NCBI RefSeq assembly: GCF_902713615.1
Contig: NC_052152.1
Span: forward strand, 16,221,215 to 16,285,214
Length of the DNA: 64,000 nucleotides
Direction of reading: 5' to 3'
Source: Scyliorhinus canicula
Lineage: Eukaryota
Under the pieces are notes generated by a model, which saw nothing but the letters and a program-made list of their open reading frames with translations, was not told the origin of the DNA and did not search any database. The position numbers and the translations under genes are program-made. This document shows, one piece after another, positions 11,915 through 25,867 of the stretch. Positions within the stretch are counted from its first letter, which is position 1, and the number at the start of each line of letters is the position of its first letter.

Positions 11915-14900
11915 TCCTTTAAAGAGAGTTGTTTGATCATTTAAGTGTTGCAAGGCTCTGGCTGTAATGGGAGAATGCAGTGTTCTGTTGGTCTGGTGCC
12001 AGCAATCATGGCACAGAGCCGGCAAGTTAAAGTTGCAAGAACCAGCTGTTTAGCCAAGTGAGCTAAACCAGCCCTGAGTTAATACTAGACTGATATTCGC
12101 TTGAGTGTCGAAGATTAAGCAAGTGGTTGATCTATCTGAGGTGCTTAAGATGGTTAAAGGAGTTGATAGGATAGAGAAGAGAGAAGCTTAGTGTGTGCCG
12201 GATTTTGTGTTGCTAATTTCTGATCACTGTTACTGGACATCGGAGAGCTCCCAAAACCTGTGGGAGGTGGCGATCCAGTAGCATTATCTTTGGACCAGCA
12301 ATGACTGATTCGCTGGGCAACTGGATTCAAATCGTACCACAGAAGATGGTAAAATTTGAATTTGAAGTCAAATGGTGACCATAGAACTATTGTCAGTTGT
12401 TGCAAAAACCCATCTGGTTCACTCTTTAAAGGCAGGAAATCATCCTTACCTGGTCTGACCCCAGACCCACATCAATATGGTTGACTCTTAACTGCCCTCT
12501 GAAATGGTCCAGCAACCACTCAGTTCAAGGGCAATTAGGGATGGGCAATAAATGCTGGCCTAGCCAGCGATACCCACATCTCATGGCTAATCTGAAAATT
12601 ACCGTTGGCCAACTAACGCTACTTTCTATAATTCACTACATTAAATGGCAAGGATGGAACTAGAGTGAATTTGGACGAACTGCCCACTAATTCTGAATGA
12701 ATTACACCACAGTATTTCTAAGCATTAGGGGCCTCCTCGCAATTTGTAAATACCTAACGAGCTGATCCGACCTATTTTAAAAGTTTAAAATTGAGTGTTT
12801 TTTTTAACAGAAGACCTTCTAAAAGACTGATAAAACATGGTAAACACTAAAACCTACGTGCAGCATTTTCACATTTTGAGACTAAGTGTAGGGGAGCGAA
12901 CATGGAGAGTTTTCTGCTTTGGAGGCTGGCGAGAAAACACGGCAAATTTTCCATCCCCAATCTTATTCCTATACATCCGAGTGCTTTACCCACATTCAGT
13001 GATGGGCAGGCCTGGATGCTGCATGGTCTCCCTCATGTCCGGGATCCATATAGAAAAGGTGCCTGTAATAACCCTCCCCAGACCCACGGGGATGACCCTA
13101 TTGATCTCCCGTTGGAGCTCGTGGAATACGAGCTGCCCCACTAAGGGACTGACGCCTAGCAGCTGGGGCTCATGAACCAGGTATTCAAAAGTCGGCCCAG
13201 ATTGGGACCGGCATGATTGGTGGTCCCGGCTGGAACTGTGCTACTGTGCTACATGCCGTGCTGCGGCTTTTACTTTTGTTTGCCTAATAAACCTTCATTG
13301 TTTAACCTTCTCGGGACTCCTGAAGTTATTATCCTGGCGACGAGGAGAAATCACAGCCGCGGTTCTGGATGACGTTTGAATTCCTCAATGCAAGAGCAAG
13401 GTCAGAGGCTTTCGACACAGATGTAGAAGATTGGGCCCAGTATACTGAACGGATGCTGTATTTCTTTCAGGCAAACACACTTACAGGAGATGACCAACAA
13501 AAGGTCCTGACTACCTGTTGTCCCATTGGATGGATGATGGGACGGGAGAGGCCAATAGCCTATGCATTGAGAAACCTGGCTGACAAGGAGAACAGGTATG
13601 CCCAGATTGAAAGGGAAGGACTGGCCATGATTTTCGTCGTCAAAAACTCCATCAATATGTTTATGGGCAGCTCTTTGCAATCATCACAGACCAGAAACAT
13701 TCATTCCAAATCTGGCAAGCAACTGGCACCACTGCATCACAGCCTGGTATGGCAACTGCTCGGCCCAAGACTGCAACAAACTTCAGAGAGTTGTGAATAC
13801 CGCCCAGTCCATCACACGAACCTGCCTCCCATCCATTGACTCCATCTACACTTCCCGCTGCCTTGGGAAAGCGGGCATAATCAAAGACCCCCCCACCCGG
13901 CTTACTCACTCTTCCAACTTCTTCCATCGGGCAGAAGATACAAAAGTCAGAGAACACGCACAAACAGACTCAAAAACAGCTTCTTCCCCACTGTTACCAG
14001 ACTCCTAAATGACCCTCTTATGGACTGACCTCATTAACACTACACCCTGTATGCTTCACTCGATGCTGGTGTCTACATATTTACATTGGCCACCTTGTAT
14101 TGTCCTATTATGTATTTTCTCTTCATGTACTAAATGATCTGTTTGGGCTGCATGCAGAAAAATACTTTTCACTGTACCTCGGTACACATGACAATAAACA
14201 AATCTAAATCTAAACATGCATTCTTAAAGAAACCAGAATTGGGCATGGAGGTGCCACAAGAAAAGACATTTGCCAAAGGCATTTGACAACTGCCGTCCTC
14301 GACTGTTAACGAATTACGACCCTTGCAAACCACTCCTAATCACGTGCGATGCCTCTCCATATGGCATTGGGGCAGTGTTGTCCCATTCAATGCATGATGG
14401 GATGGAGAGGCCAATAGCCTATGCATTGAGAAACTTGGCTGATGCAGAGAGCAGGTACGCTCAGATTGAAAGGGAATGACTGGCTATGATTTTGTGGTCA
14501 AAAATGACATCAATACGTTTATGGGCAGCTCTTTGCAATCATCAAAGACCAGTTAGTTGGCCTTTTCAAAGAAGACACCACTGATAGTCAAACATACTAT
14601 TGATAGTTTCAGCCAAATACAGCGATGGCGTTGGTGGAGTATGAGTTGCCTTTGAGTATTTCCCGGGTGCACAGATTGCCGACTCCCATTGCCAACATTC
14701 TCCTCATCCCCACCAATAGTGGAAACGGTCATGTTGGTGCTAAATTCTATGGACGCCATTTGTGTGTGGGTGAAAAATCACCAACATTGGCAAAGTTGCA
14801 CCACATGAGGGACTACAGGGAAAACGGCCTGAAGAACTGTGGGTTTTCACAACTAAGCAACAGGAGCTCAGTGTTGAAGACAGCATTCTCCTGTGAGGAT

Positions 14901-17286
14901 CCCATGTACTGTCCCAAGGCAAAGCTGGAAAGCCATCCTACACGACCTGCATAATAACCACCTCCAATATGAAGATCCTCACCAGAGGTTATGCGTAGTG
15001 GCCTAGGCTTGATGATGACATTGAAAGGTTGATGAAACAGCCCACAACAGGTCAGGAACATCAAAAGCTCCTGCCATCAGCCTCAATTTACCCCTGGGAG
15101 TGGCCAGGCCAACCCTGGGTGGGGTTCCTCGTCGCCTTCGCCGGGCCTGTCTTAGGGTCAATGTTTCTACCACTCGACGCCCACTCACCGGATGCCATCC
15201 ACCACTTCACAACCACTGTTGAGAAGCTACGCCAGTCATTCAGTGGTGCTCGTCACTGATAATGGCACCCCTTTCACCAGCGAGGAATTCCCGAAGTAAA
15301 TGCAGGTGAATAGAGTGAAACACATTCGGAACGTCCTGTACAACCCTTCTTCAAACGGCATGGCTGAGCGGGAGATACAGACCTTTAAGAAGGGTATAAA
15401 GAAACAAGCCACAGGGTCAGTTGAGACAAAATTGATGCGTTTCCTTTTCGACTATCAGACCACACTGCACATAACGATTCAGGTAGCATCGGCAGAATTA
15501 CTGATGGGCCGAAGACTACGAACCCGCCTAAGACTAACGTTACCCAATCTTGGTGGAAAGGTGGAGAGGAACCATGATCTCCGGAAAAGTACAACATCCA
15601 CCGGAAACAGGACAAGGGGTTAAAGCCAGGGTACACTTTGTACATCCGGAATTTGGGGGACAGTGTCCGTTGGATACCGGTAACCACAGGAAAGAAGACT
15701 GGTCCAGCCTCTTATATGGTCAAAACTAAGGGGTAGATGGTACGCCAAATGATAGATTGATACAATGATATGCAAAGCTGATGATATACAACCATCGGTT
15801 GTATAGAACCTTGGTAAGGCCGCACTTGGAATATTGCGCACATTTCTGGTCGCCACATTACCACAAGGATGTGGAGGCTTTGCAGAGGATGCAGAGAAGG
15901 TTTACCAAGATGTTGCCTGGTCTGGAGGGTATTAGCTATGAGGACAGGCTGAATAGACTCGGACTGTTTTCATTAGACTGACGGAGGTTGAGGGGCGACC
16001 TGATAGACGTCTACAGGATTATGAGAGGCGTGGATAGAGTGGATGGGCAGGCACTCTTCCCAAGGGTGGAGGGACCAGTCACTAGGGGGCATAGGTTTAA
16101 GGTCCATTGGGCAAAGTGGAGAGGAGATGTGCGAGACAGGCTTTTTACACAGAGGGTGCTAGGTGAGGTTGTGGAAGCAGACACATGAACAGCATTCAAA
16201 AGGCATTTCGACAATACTTGGATAGGATGGGTATAGAGGGATGTGGCACTAGGAAGTGCTGAGGGTTTTGGCCAAGTATTGTTTCATGACCGGTACAGGC
16301 TTGGAGGGCCGAAGGGCCTGTTCCTGTGCTGTATTGTTCTTTATTCTTGTTCTTTGTTCTATCTCAAAGGTAGGGAATCTGCACCAGAGCAACACGCGCC
16401 AGATGAATCAGATTTTCTTCCCTCTTACCCATCAACCATGGACCAAGGACTAATATTTCCCAAGGGCCAGAACACAGATATGCAGAAGATGGAGGATATG
16501 GGGTCAGACATGGAGACGGAAGCATTATTAGTTTTGGTTGACATTTTGGCCAGAACCCCTCCAGTTGATTGGCGTGGAAGCTAGGCTCCCTGACACATTA
16601 CACCCCCTCCCGCCCTCCAGCCCAGCCCTAGAGCCAGTGGAAACACAGCCGCGGGCAAAGTGGCAAAGGAAACCTCCTCCACCTCCAGGGACCTGTGAGG
16701 AGGGATGTAATAACCCTCATGAGACCCACGCAGATGACCCAATTAATCTCCCCGTGGGGCTTGTGGAATATGAGCTCCTCCACTGAGGTGCGGAGGCCTA
16801 GCAATTGGCACTTGTGAACCAGGTACTTAAAGGCTGGCCTGGATTGGTCCCGCATGATCGGTAGGCCCAGATGGGCCTTGTGTGCTGTTGCTGCGTTGTG
16901 GCCTTTATTTTTCTTTGCCTAATAACCTTCAATGGTTAACCTTCGAGGGACTTCTGAAGATAATATTGTGTCTAACATCACTGACCCACAATTGAAGAAA
17001 GAAGGTGGACATCCTAAAAATGAAGATGGATCTCAGGAGCACTCTGAGATCCATCCAATGCATGCCACATTGTTCTAAACATTTCATGCCAGCGTGTTTT
17101 CCCTCTTGCGTCATGGAGAATCTGAAGTGAAAGGACACATCTTCATCGGCATCACTGGCAAATGAGGTTCATGCCGGCTTCTGCCGGGTTTTCAGGCCTA
17201 TCATGGTGATCGCCAGCCGAAGACCCCATTGGAAATTCATGCCGACATGGAACCGATTTCTGTCTGTGCTTCCCCATGTTCTCACC

Positions 17287-17322
<36 letters not shown>

Positions 17323-20300
17323 ACACCTGCCATCAAACATGGCGGAGGGGGCTTGAGAGAATTCCACCCTATTACTTGTTCTTTGGAAAACATCATTTTT
17401 TTCGTTATTGTGATGCGGGCATCACTGACTGGGCCAGCATTTGTTGTCCATCCCTAATTGCCCTTGAACTGAATGGCTTGCTGAGGACAGTTTAGAGGCA
17501 ATCACATTGCTGTGGTTCTGGAGTCACATGTCGGCCAGACTAGGTAAGGATGGCAGATTTCCTGCCCGAAAGGACATTGGTGAACCAGATGGGTTTTTAC
17601 AATAATCAGTGATAGCTCGATGGTCAACATTACTGAGATAAACTTTGAATTCCACCTTTTATTAATTTACTTTAAATTCCGCCAGCTGTCATGATGGGAT
17701 TTGAACATTATCAGATTGGGCTTTTGTACATGACCACAACACTGCAGCCTCCCCTACTGCATCCTGAAAAATAATGTTTACATTTTTAATTCTGAAAAAA
17801 TATGTTTAAAATATGACACTTGTAAAATTACGACTATGTTTGCAATGTGGTAGAATTAGTCACGTTTACACAAAAAGATGATTTTCCAATGCTCTTTTAC
17901 TGTTGCAGCTTTTTCCGGGAAGGGGGGGGTGAAGTGACTATGTGACGAGCTCCCAGCGGCCTGATATTTTTGCCCATCCTATACAGTACTGCTGCATGTT
18001 GTTCCGGCCCGCACCAGGAGGTTATCTTTCCTCAAGGCAGCTGGAATTCCTGCCTCTGGATTGTGGTACCTTTGTGTAGAGATATCCTCATTCTCACGAA
18101 CCACAAAATCCAGGCCATTTTCCTCATGCTGGGAAAATTCAAATCAATGGAGCGTAATTTTAAAATTACTGCAGAGCCTGACCATTCAGGGGAACTGTAA
18201 GGAAGCACCTCCTCATGCAAAGGATGCTGGGAATTTGGACGTCTCTTCCCAAAAGGCCTTCGAGACTGGGGCCTTTTGAACATTTTAATACTGAGCTTAA
18301 AGTTTTAAAAAAAAAAAAATTCAGAGTACCCAATTATTTTTTTTTACAATTACGGGGAAATTTAGTGTGGCCAATTCCACCTAACGAGCACATTTTTGAG
18401 TTGTGGGGATGAAACCCACGCAGACATGGGGAGAATGTGCAAACTTCACACGGACAGTGACCCAGGGCCGGGATTCGAACCCGGGTCCTCAGCGCCACAG
18501 TCCCAGTGCTAACCACTGCGCCAAATGCTACCCTGAGCTTAAAGATTTTTGTTAGGCAAGTGTATAGGGGGTACATGGCATAAGATACAGCTCCATCAGG
18601 ATCTAAGTGAACAGTGAAACAGGCTCTAAGGTGTAGAATGGCACACTCCAATGTTTCTGTGTAAACCATGGTTTATGCATATTGTATCTGATAAAGGGGC
18701 TGAAGATTACATCTGGATGTTTATCAAGTTCAATACCCTGATCCTGCCTTCCCCCCATATCCCTTGATCCCTTTAGCCCCAACAGCCTATATCTAATTTC
18801 TTCTTGAAATTACACAACGTTTTTGGCCTCAATTACTTTCAGCGATAGCGAATTCCACAGATTCACCACTGCTCTGGGTGAAACTGTGGAGAGGGAAGAG
18901 GAAGGGAGGGGCTGTGCAACATCCATTGCGAAGTTTAACACGGATACCTCCTCAGCAGATGCTGCAGGTTAACCTGCGCCAACGATCAACACAATCCCAT
19001 ACATGTTGGACTCACAAAATCAGGCCCCTTCAATCTACATTGTCAGAGCAGCTCAAAACAACCTCTTGATACTATGCTAAAGGAGCTATATAAATGCATG
19101 TTGTTGCTGTTGTGGTCTGGACACCATCTTGGTTCAGATATAGTATGCAGCCTTGCAAATAGAACATGCAGTGCAGAAGGAGACCATTCGGCCCATCGAG
19201 TCTGCACCGACCCACTCAAGCCCTCACTTCCACCCTATCCCCTCAGACCCAGAACCCGATAACCCCTCCTGACCTTTTTTGGTCAAAAGGGCAATTTATC
19301 ATGTCAAATCCACCTAACCTGCACATCTTTGGACTGTGGGGGGAAACCGCAGCACCCGGAGGAAACCCACGCAGACAAGGGGAGAACGTGCAGACTCCGC
19401 ACAGACAATGGCCCAGTGGGGAATTGAACCTGGGATCCTGGTGCTGTGAAGCCACAGTGCTATCCACTTGTTCTACCATGCTGCCCAAAATAGACTTGAA
19501 GGTGAAGCACTTCACAATGAAAAACAGACCCTGTACTCAGCCAGGTTGCTGAACTCCCTTCAGGAGTCGCCAGGGAGGTTGGAGTAAAATATGGGGTAAA
19601 GTTTAGGGTTTAGTTCTCTTGGTGGACAGCTTTGGGGCCAGGAACATATATTGGGAAAGGTAACTCAAGCATGTTCAGTGACCTGCATATCCCTCCATCT
19701 CCTAATTTGACTGCATTAAAAAAAACATGTAGATTCTGAATCAGGCTTTACGTCAAATACCTAGTATGCGCTTGCGTCAATTGACACTATGTTGGGAACA
19801 CTAAGTATACACGTATTTAGTTTCCACTTTAACTCTGCAGTTCTTCATCCTCAATGACATTTGAGAAAATATTTGAGTTGTTTTCTTACTTTGTGGGGTT
19901 TTTGCACTGTTTAAATGGGTCTGAATTGCCACTTTTTCACTAAACTCAGCAAAATTAGTGGAATGTGGGCCCTTTCGCATGAACATGCATCTCTGGTTAT
20001 CCAAATACTCTCAAATTGGCATCAATTCAACTCCACCCACAGGAGTCCAAAAAGTAACGTAATGGAATCTCAGCTATCTGGTTCGTCTAATCTTTGCATG
20101 GCCTCGGGGAATGATACTTACTTGTTTGTGCTCCAGGGGTGATATTTAATGAAGCGTTTATAAGGAATTTATAAGAGCCAACAGAGGCCCATGTAGAGTA
20201 TGAAAGGAACCACTGCAAAATTGTTTGCAGTGCGGGCAGGGCTGCTAAGCAGAGTGCACAGTTGGTTGGTAAAATAATCAGAGGCGACACGAGGGGTTAT

Positions 20301-23187
20301 TACCGCTGGTTAACACTGCTGTCTCACAACGCCAGCGACTCGGGTTTGATTCCGACCTCGGGTCACTTTGTTTGTATTCGTTCATGGGATGTGGGCTTCG
20401 GTGCCTGTGCCAGCATTTATTGCCCATCCCTGAGGCATTTCAGAGTCAACCACATTGTTGTGGATCTGGAGTCACATGTAGGCCAGGTCTGGTCAGGGTG
20501 ACAGATGGGTTTTTACGACAATCGGCAATGGTTACATGGTTCCAGATGACAGATTTCTATTGAATTCAAATCTCACCATTTGACATGGCGGGATTTTGAA
20601 TTCAGGTCCCCAGAGCATGACTCTGGTCTCTCGATTACTAGTCGAGTGTTAATATCACAACCCCATTGCCTCCCTCTGTCAGTGTGGAGTTTGCACATTT
20701 ATCCGTGTGTCTGCGTGGGTTTCCTCCGGGTGCTCCAGTTTCCGCCCACAGTCCAAAGATGTGCAGGTTAGGTAGATTGGCCATAGTGAATTGCCACTTA
20801 GTGTCGAAAGATGTGGAAGGGGTTATAGAGAGGAGGGATAGGGAGGAGAGTGGTTCAGGGAAGGGTTTTCTTTCAGAGGGTCGGTGCAGACTGGATGGGC
20901 TAAATGGCCTCATCCTGCATTGTAGGGAATCAATGATTCTATTTTTTAATTCGCTTTTGGGATGGGGCATTTAAGAGTCAACCACATTGCTGTGGATCTG
21001 AAGTTACATGTCGGCTTAAAGGACATTAGTGAACCAGATGGGTTTTTACGACAATTGACAACGGCTTTTTAGGCATTTAATTCCAGAATTTTTATTGAAC
21101 TCAAATTTCACCACCTGCCATGGTGGAATTCAACCCTGCATCCCCAAAGCATTACTCCTAGTCTCTGGATTACTAGTTCAGCGAGAATACCACTATACCC
21201 TACCTCCCTGCCACTGCCTCCATGATTATGGACAGCAATTCACTGCCTGAAAGAGTTGTGCAAGCTAAATCGATAGTAGCATCCAGAAAGGAATCGGATC
21301 AATACTTGAAAGGAAAAACATTCTGAGGATTGTTGGGAAAAAGCAGGAGAGTGGGATTAACTGAATAACTAATTGAAGAGTTGGCACACAAAATGGGCTG
21401 AAGGTCCCTTGTGCTGTACATGTCATAACGCTATGAATCTTTGAAATACTTCATGGTTGTCAAACTCTGGGACATCTTGAGATTGTGGAAATTACTATAT
21501 AGATGCAAAATGTTATGATCCCCTGCAGAGATAACTTTTAAAAAGACATTTTAACTTCTGGTCAACGGCTGAAAGGAGCACCTGACAGGATTTAACGCTT
21601 TAAGGCCTTCAACGCAATACACAAATTCAAGACAATGTTGACTAAACATTATTTCAGGAGGCAACTAATGTCACACAAGGTCATATAAGAGTGGCACTGC
21701 CAGGGTTCCAGGCTGGCAGTGCCAAGGTTTCCGGGTGCCATTGGGAGTGCCATGGTACCGCCTTGCCCAGAGTCCAACCACCAGGAGGCCTTCAATGGCC
21801 TGGGAGACCTCCCAAGGTGCCGTTACACCTGGTTCATGTTTGTGTGGACCATTGCCAAACGGCGCCATGGTTTGGTCTCCCAGGTGAGGCCGTTAGTTCC
21901 CGGGCCTTGGGAGAATCTGGCATGGACATATTTAAATGAGCCTTAAATATGTTAATCTGGATCTTGCCCAGCGAAGGCAAGATCCAGATTGCAATGTCTC
22001 ACGATATGCCATTAGATCTCGCAACACGTTCAGAGCATTTGAATCTCGGGAGAGGCCTCTCGCAAGATTAAATGGCCTCATGACATCACCAAGTCAGTGC
22101 AATGAGGACATTGGATCGCGTCTCACGTGTTGAAGCCAAAGCATCGCAGTGTAACAGGGAGGCCCAGATTTCCAAGTTTCACGACAGAGACTCCCCTTTG
22201 AACCCCTCAAACCACCTTGTCAAAATTAAGACCATAGTTTCTGACGGGGGCGGGGGATTTGAAGTGTTCATTTGAGTGCAAACCTTTCTGCTCTTTTTGT
22301 GTACCAGCGCTTTTTCGTGAATTTTGATTGAGATATGTTTCGTAGATGCACCTATAATTTGCGACTTGAGATTCCCATTATTTTATAGAAATCCGGAAAT
22401 GTTATAACCTGGAAAAAGGTCCAACCAGTCCATGCCAACATTGGTTTTCTGTTCAAGAAAATAATCCTAATCACATTTACTCGCCCCTTTCCGTCATTCG
22501 CCTGTTTAAAGTAGTCTTGAATGTCAACAACATGATTTCTGCCTCAACCACAAGTATGAGAAGCAACTTCCACCGCCTAATTGTTATTCAGTAACTCCCC
22601 CTCCCACTCTCCATTGCTGCAAGTGGACATTGAATAAGCACAGGATTAAACTCAGTGGCGACATGCTCCAAATGCCAATACCTGGCTCTGCTGCATCCAA
22701 AAGCAGCCACTCAGTGAAGCAGGAAGGATATCCTGGGCCCCGAGACCTGTCCCAACCAAAGAGCCAGTGCTTTTCAGGAAAGGATTAGAGAGAATTGGAA
22801 ACAAAAGTTGCAAACGGGCTTCAAATTATACGCTGTCAACATCTACTAATGAATGTGTGGAGAGGATTATACTCTGTGATTCAGCTTAGCAGGTTGTTAA
22901 ACTGTTCCTTCCCTCCGGGTTTGCCTCAGTTGAATACTTGGACTGTGCAAATATTACCACCTGCTAAACGCTAGGTTTTTGGATCAATGGAAGGAAGTAA
23001 TTTAATGAAGAAGTTGTGCATGGTTTAGAGCTTAGCCCTTTTTAAAACTTTTCTTCCAAGCTCCACTCCAACGCCAAGGTATCGGAGCTGCGGGGGAGGG
23101 GGAGTTGGGTTGCGGGAGGGATTTCCTCGACACACGAGGGCTAGCAAAGCCAATAAGGATTTTAGGTTGTAATTTGCTGGAGCCTGA
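11915..23187. repeat. Copy 2 of 11.3 kb duplication (contains the same repeats as copy 1)
   Basis: Starts exactly at the gap edge; differs from copy 1 by scattered 1-2 bp indels and some substitutions. Confidence 0.97.
13064..16967 (+). mobile_element. Decayed Gypsy LTR retrotransposon (duplicate of 1705-5615)
   Basis: LTRs start at 13064 and 16706; same nested Rex/Babar and CR1 fragments. Confidence 0.92.
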
Positions 23188-23624
23188 ATCTAGGCATTGG
23201 TTTTGTCCGCCCAACCTCACCATTGTATAGGGGTTCCGTTGTATGTATGACGTAACTTTTTCGTGCATCATGCACTCATAATTCATCTGGCCAGCCTGTT
23301 ATTAAAGTGAATTACGTAACACTTGCAAAATCAAAAATACTGCGCATCATGGAAATGTTTTCTTTCGACATAAAATACTGGAAGTTGTGTGGAAATAAGC
23401 AGGATCTGATGTCTGTGCAGGGAGGTTTGGTGTGCCTTTAGAAGCAAAATATGAATGACCAAGTAATGAGTATCTTAAAGCAAGAATTCTGCAGTGCAAT
23501 GCAGTAGACCGTGTTACTTTCTTCAAATATTTTCTTCGTCCTTTCAAAACATGGAGATACAAAATCAGATGATTCGGTTTAACCAGTCCCTTGCTGATGT
23601 TTACCCTCTGCATGAACAAAAAGT

Positions 23625-24142
23625 TGACATCATAGAGACTAGGAGCAGCAGCAGGCCATTCGACCCATCGAGCCTACTCTGCTATTCAATATGATTGTGA
23701 CTGATCCTCCGTCTCAAAGCCATATTCCCGCTTTCTCTCCATAACCCTTAATGCCATTAAAATCTAAACAATTGTCTATCTCTTTCTTGAATGCATTCCA
23801 TGGCTTGGCCTCCACTGCCTTCTGTGGGAGAGAATTCCACCGGTTCACGACCCTTTGAGGGAAGAATATTTCCTCATCGCAGTCCATCTCCTGAGCCTCT
23901 TTCCACTGGTTCCAGACTCCCCAACCAGGGAAACCATCCTCCCTGCATCTAGTCGGTCCAACCCAGTTAAAATTTTATACATTTCAATCAGATCTTCTCT
24001 CAGCCTTTTCAACTCGAGTGACTGAAGGCCCACTCAAACCAATCTGTCCTCAGAGAACAGTCCCGCCAATGCTGGCATCAGCCTAATGAACCTCCGTTGC
24101 ACCCTCTCTATAGTAAGCATATCCTTTCTTAGGTAGGGAGAC
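23625..24142 (-). mobile_element. CR1 LINE 3' fragment
   Basis: ORF 23845-24033 LGLQSLELKRLREDLIEMYKILTGLD; tail ggccattcgacccatcgag. Confidence 0.85.
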
Positions 24143-24339
24143 ATGCTGACCCATCCTGCTCCCTTATCGTTTCAACCCCCTTTTCTTCACTCACCTGTCC
24201 AATCCAATCTCAGCCAAGATTTTTTCCTCCCACTTGCCAGCAAGGCTGCAAATTTCCACCAGCGCGGTCGCACCATGGTTAGCACTGTTGCTTCACAGCG
24301 CCAGGGTCCCAGGTTCAATTCCCGGCTTGGGTCAATGTT

Positions 24340-24783
24340 CATTTATGAAACCAAGTAACACTTTATAAACCCACAGTAAACATCTTAATAACTATCAACA
24401 CCAATCCTCCCCACAGATACAATATTCTATAAGTAAACCGTAATCTTTCCTTATTAACATCCATAAGACAAAATTAACTTTTTAACACAGAGATCAGGTT
24501 TAAATTCAATACTGAGAGCAGTTATCACTTTGAAATCACTCAAATGAACACTCTTCAGCTTTTAGAGAGATCCATGCACATCTGCTGTCTTTCACTGCAG
24601 CTCTTCTCTCAAAGCAAAACTAAAACACACCCTGTAGCAAACAGCCTAAAATAAAAGTAAAGCAGGCAGATAGCCCAGCTCCACCCACACACTGACATCA
24701 CGGATAGACACCCATTTCCTAAAGGTACATCCACTACAGATATTTCTTAAACACCCATTTCTTAAAGGTACTCTCAGATGACA
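24340..24783 (-). mobile_element. LTR fragment (probable solo LTR)
   Basis: Begins TGTCA on the minus strand; internal direct repeat acacccatttc(c/t)taaaggtac; preceded by a truncated HE1 head at 24265-24335. Confidence 0.5.
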
Positions 24784-25289
24784 TGACTAACTTTCCTCCT
24801 CATCGATCCCCAATTGCCTCTGAGGCTATCATTTGATTCAGTACAGGCTCGGAAGTTGAATTTAGGGCTATCTAGTTTGCATGAGTTTGTGTTATGCTAA
24901 GCAATGCATTGGTCCATTGGGCCAACTGAGGGAGAAGATTTTAGTAAATCGCTCAACAATGTAACGTGTGATTACAATTTGCAATTTCCTTGCAGATAGA
25001 TGATTAAAGATGATCCATGCAATGGGTTGAGCATGATTGAACAAGTTGATAAGGGTAGATATAGATCTCTCCACTGGTGCAACAGTCCGGAATCAGAGGG
25101 ACAAATCCTCAAATTAGATTGAGGTTATTCAGGGGTGATGTGAGGAAGCACTTCTTCACATTAAAGGAATGTAAATCAGGAACTTTCTTGCCAAGCACTG
25201 TGAAAGTTTCTGGTGAATTGGGCAGTTCATTCAGAAAGGCAGTTCAGGCATGATGGCTGAATATTTTCCATTTGTGCTGAATTATCCCA

Positions 25290-25865
25290 CAGCTAGAATT
25301 TCACTCCCACGAAGAAAGTGCAGGTTGGTAATGGGAAGGCAGGGGGAAGGTCATAAAATTGGGTGGCATGGTGGGCAGCTGCTGTGCCCACCACCTACCC
25401 CCTTCTGCTGCACTGTTACCAGCAGAGGGGTAAGCGTCAGCCCACCCACCCACTCTAGGAATAACTACTGGCCACCTTTTGAATTTCCTCCCACTGCCAG
25501 TGTTATCGTAACAATGGCGGGGATGCCCATGTCACACGGGAAGATTGCCAGGGCTGCAGCCATGGGGGTCGGGTACGTGTGGGGGCTCCTGTGCCCATTG
25601 GAAGACTACCCCTAACCCACAATGGTAATCGCCAGCCCCACTTGTTCCCCTTTCTGGAACCCCAACCATTGTCCCTGCCCACCATCAGCTTACCGCGGGA
25701 GACAGCCTACATTACTGTTCCTAACTGGGGACTGCTGCAGCCCTGGGATTGGCCACTGCCCCATGTGGTTCTGCTGGAACTAAATAGCTGATTGGCCAAG
25801 AACATTGGTAGGCGGGGTACCCTTCAACATGGTGGCAGAAGTCATGACCTCTGCCATTTGACAGC
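25290..25865. mobile_element. Old GC-rich non-autonomous DNA-transposon (Harbinger-like) remnant
   Basis: Starts gctagaatttcac (TIR-like); probable continuation at 26320-26410 after the LTR insertion. Confidence 0.4.
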
Positions 25866-25867
25866 CT

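Noticed and set aside
23347-23694. Host exon (RVNISKGLVKPNHLILYLHVLKG..)
   Set aside because: An acceptor-like site exists, but there is no convincing donor or recognisable homology, and the ORF end overlaps a Penelope-type repeat.
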